Of a DNA stretch of 64,000 nucleotides, positions 63,847-64,000 are shown piece by piece. A model generated the notes under the pieces. The model worked only from the letters and a program-made list of their open reading frames with translations. It was not told the DNA's origin and made no database searches. The stretch is from Candidatus Micrarchaeota archaeon (GTDB lineage Archaea > Micrarchaeota > Micrarchaeia > Anstonellales > Bilamarchaeaceae). The stretch lies in NCBI GenBank assembly GCA_043803165.1, contig JAZDKI010000021.1, forward strand, positions 5,576-69,575, in the 5' to 3' direction. Both the position numbers and the translations under genes were made by a program. The first letter of the stretch is position 1, and each line of letters opens with the position of its first letter.

Positions 63847-64000
63847 CGGATAATGATTTGCGCGGATGGAGCTTTAAACCGCTCATCTCTTTTCGTCCAA
63901 CTTGACGAGATATCGCCTCGCTTCGGGGAATGACGCGAATGCGGCCCCAAGCTCAGATGAATAGCTCTCCGAGAAAATCCTGGTACTTTGAAACTGAAAA
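63843..64000 (-). CDS. partial CDS (C-terminus only, enters from beyond the window end); position suggests Mre11
   Basis: Frame open from the window end to TGA 63845-63843, which forms an ATGA overlap with the rad50 start; identity inferred only from the conserved mre11-rad50 gene order. Confidence 0.3.
   Translation of the reverse strand, partial: FSFKVPGFSRRAIHLSLGPHSRHSPKRGDISSSWTKRDERFKAPSAQIIIR

Noticed and set aside
1-64000. CRISPR arrays, rRNA genes, transposases/IS elements, integrases
   Set aside because: No regularly spaced direct repeats, no rRNA-like conserved stretches, and none of the ORFs shows DDE/tyrosine-recombinase motifs.

Overview
This 64-kb window comes from a high-GC (~58-60 %) archaeal chromosome. 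The assignment rests on an archaeal-type SAM synthetase, aIF5B, PCNA, Rad50 (with a probable partial Mre11 at the window edge), PurP, DtdA and FtsZ, plus TATA-box/near-leaderless promoters and many ATGA stop/start overlaps. No CRISPR array, rRNA or transposase was found.

Positions 1-24.3 kb form a surface-glycan biosynthesis island. It carries pseudaminic-acid-type nonulosonic-acid genes (a PseG-PseH fusion, a NeuB/PseI-family synthase and a partial DegT-like aminotransferase at the window start). It also has an RmlA-like nucleotidyltransferase fused to an unknown N-terminal domain, RmlB, and a second NDP-hexose dehydratase/nucleotidyltransferase/reductase set. Further members are GT4, GT2 (Dol-P-sugar synthase-like) and GT-C-like glycosyltransferases, a GT52-like (HP-motif) putative sialyltransferase, class III aminotransferase, methyltransferases, a CE4 deacetylase and several epimerases. 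Class-2 PyrD and a GMC oxidoreductase close the island.

Positions 25.3-29.3 kb hold a type-IV-pilus/archaellum-like ATPase and a TadC/FlaJ-like membrane platform gene, followed by a PAP2 phosphatase and a dolichol-kinase-like gene (lipid-carrier recycling).

The rest is mostly housekeeping: dtdA, pheS (frameshifted in a G-run), purP, a serA-like dehydrogenase, a ZIP transporter, nadK, ftsZ, purQ, pyrG, mat, infB, a kinase-domain/dCMP-deaminase fusion, PCNA and rad50. Interspersed are N-glycosylation-sequon-rich surface and secreted protein genes, a VapBC pair and a HEPN-MNT pair with an inverted-repeat operator.

Three local features stand out:
- An XRE-family regulator whose 5' end is duplicated as 31-nt direct repeats flanking a perfect hairpin plus T-tract.
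- A tRNA-Val(GAC) gene interrupted by a ~50-nt intron at a non-canonical D-loop position.
- A ~0.8-kb low-GC islet abutting the 3' end of that tRNA.
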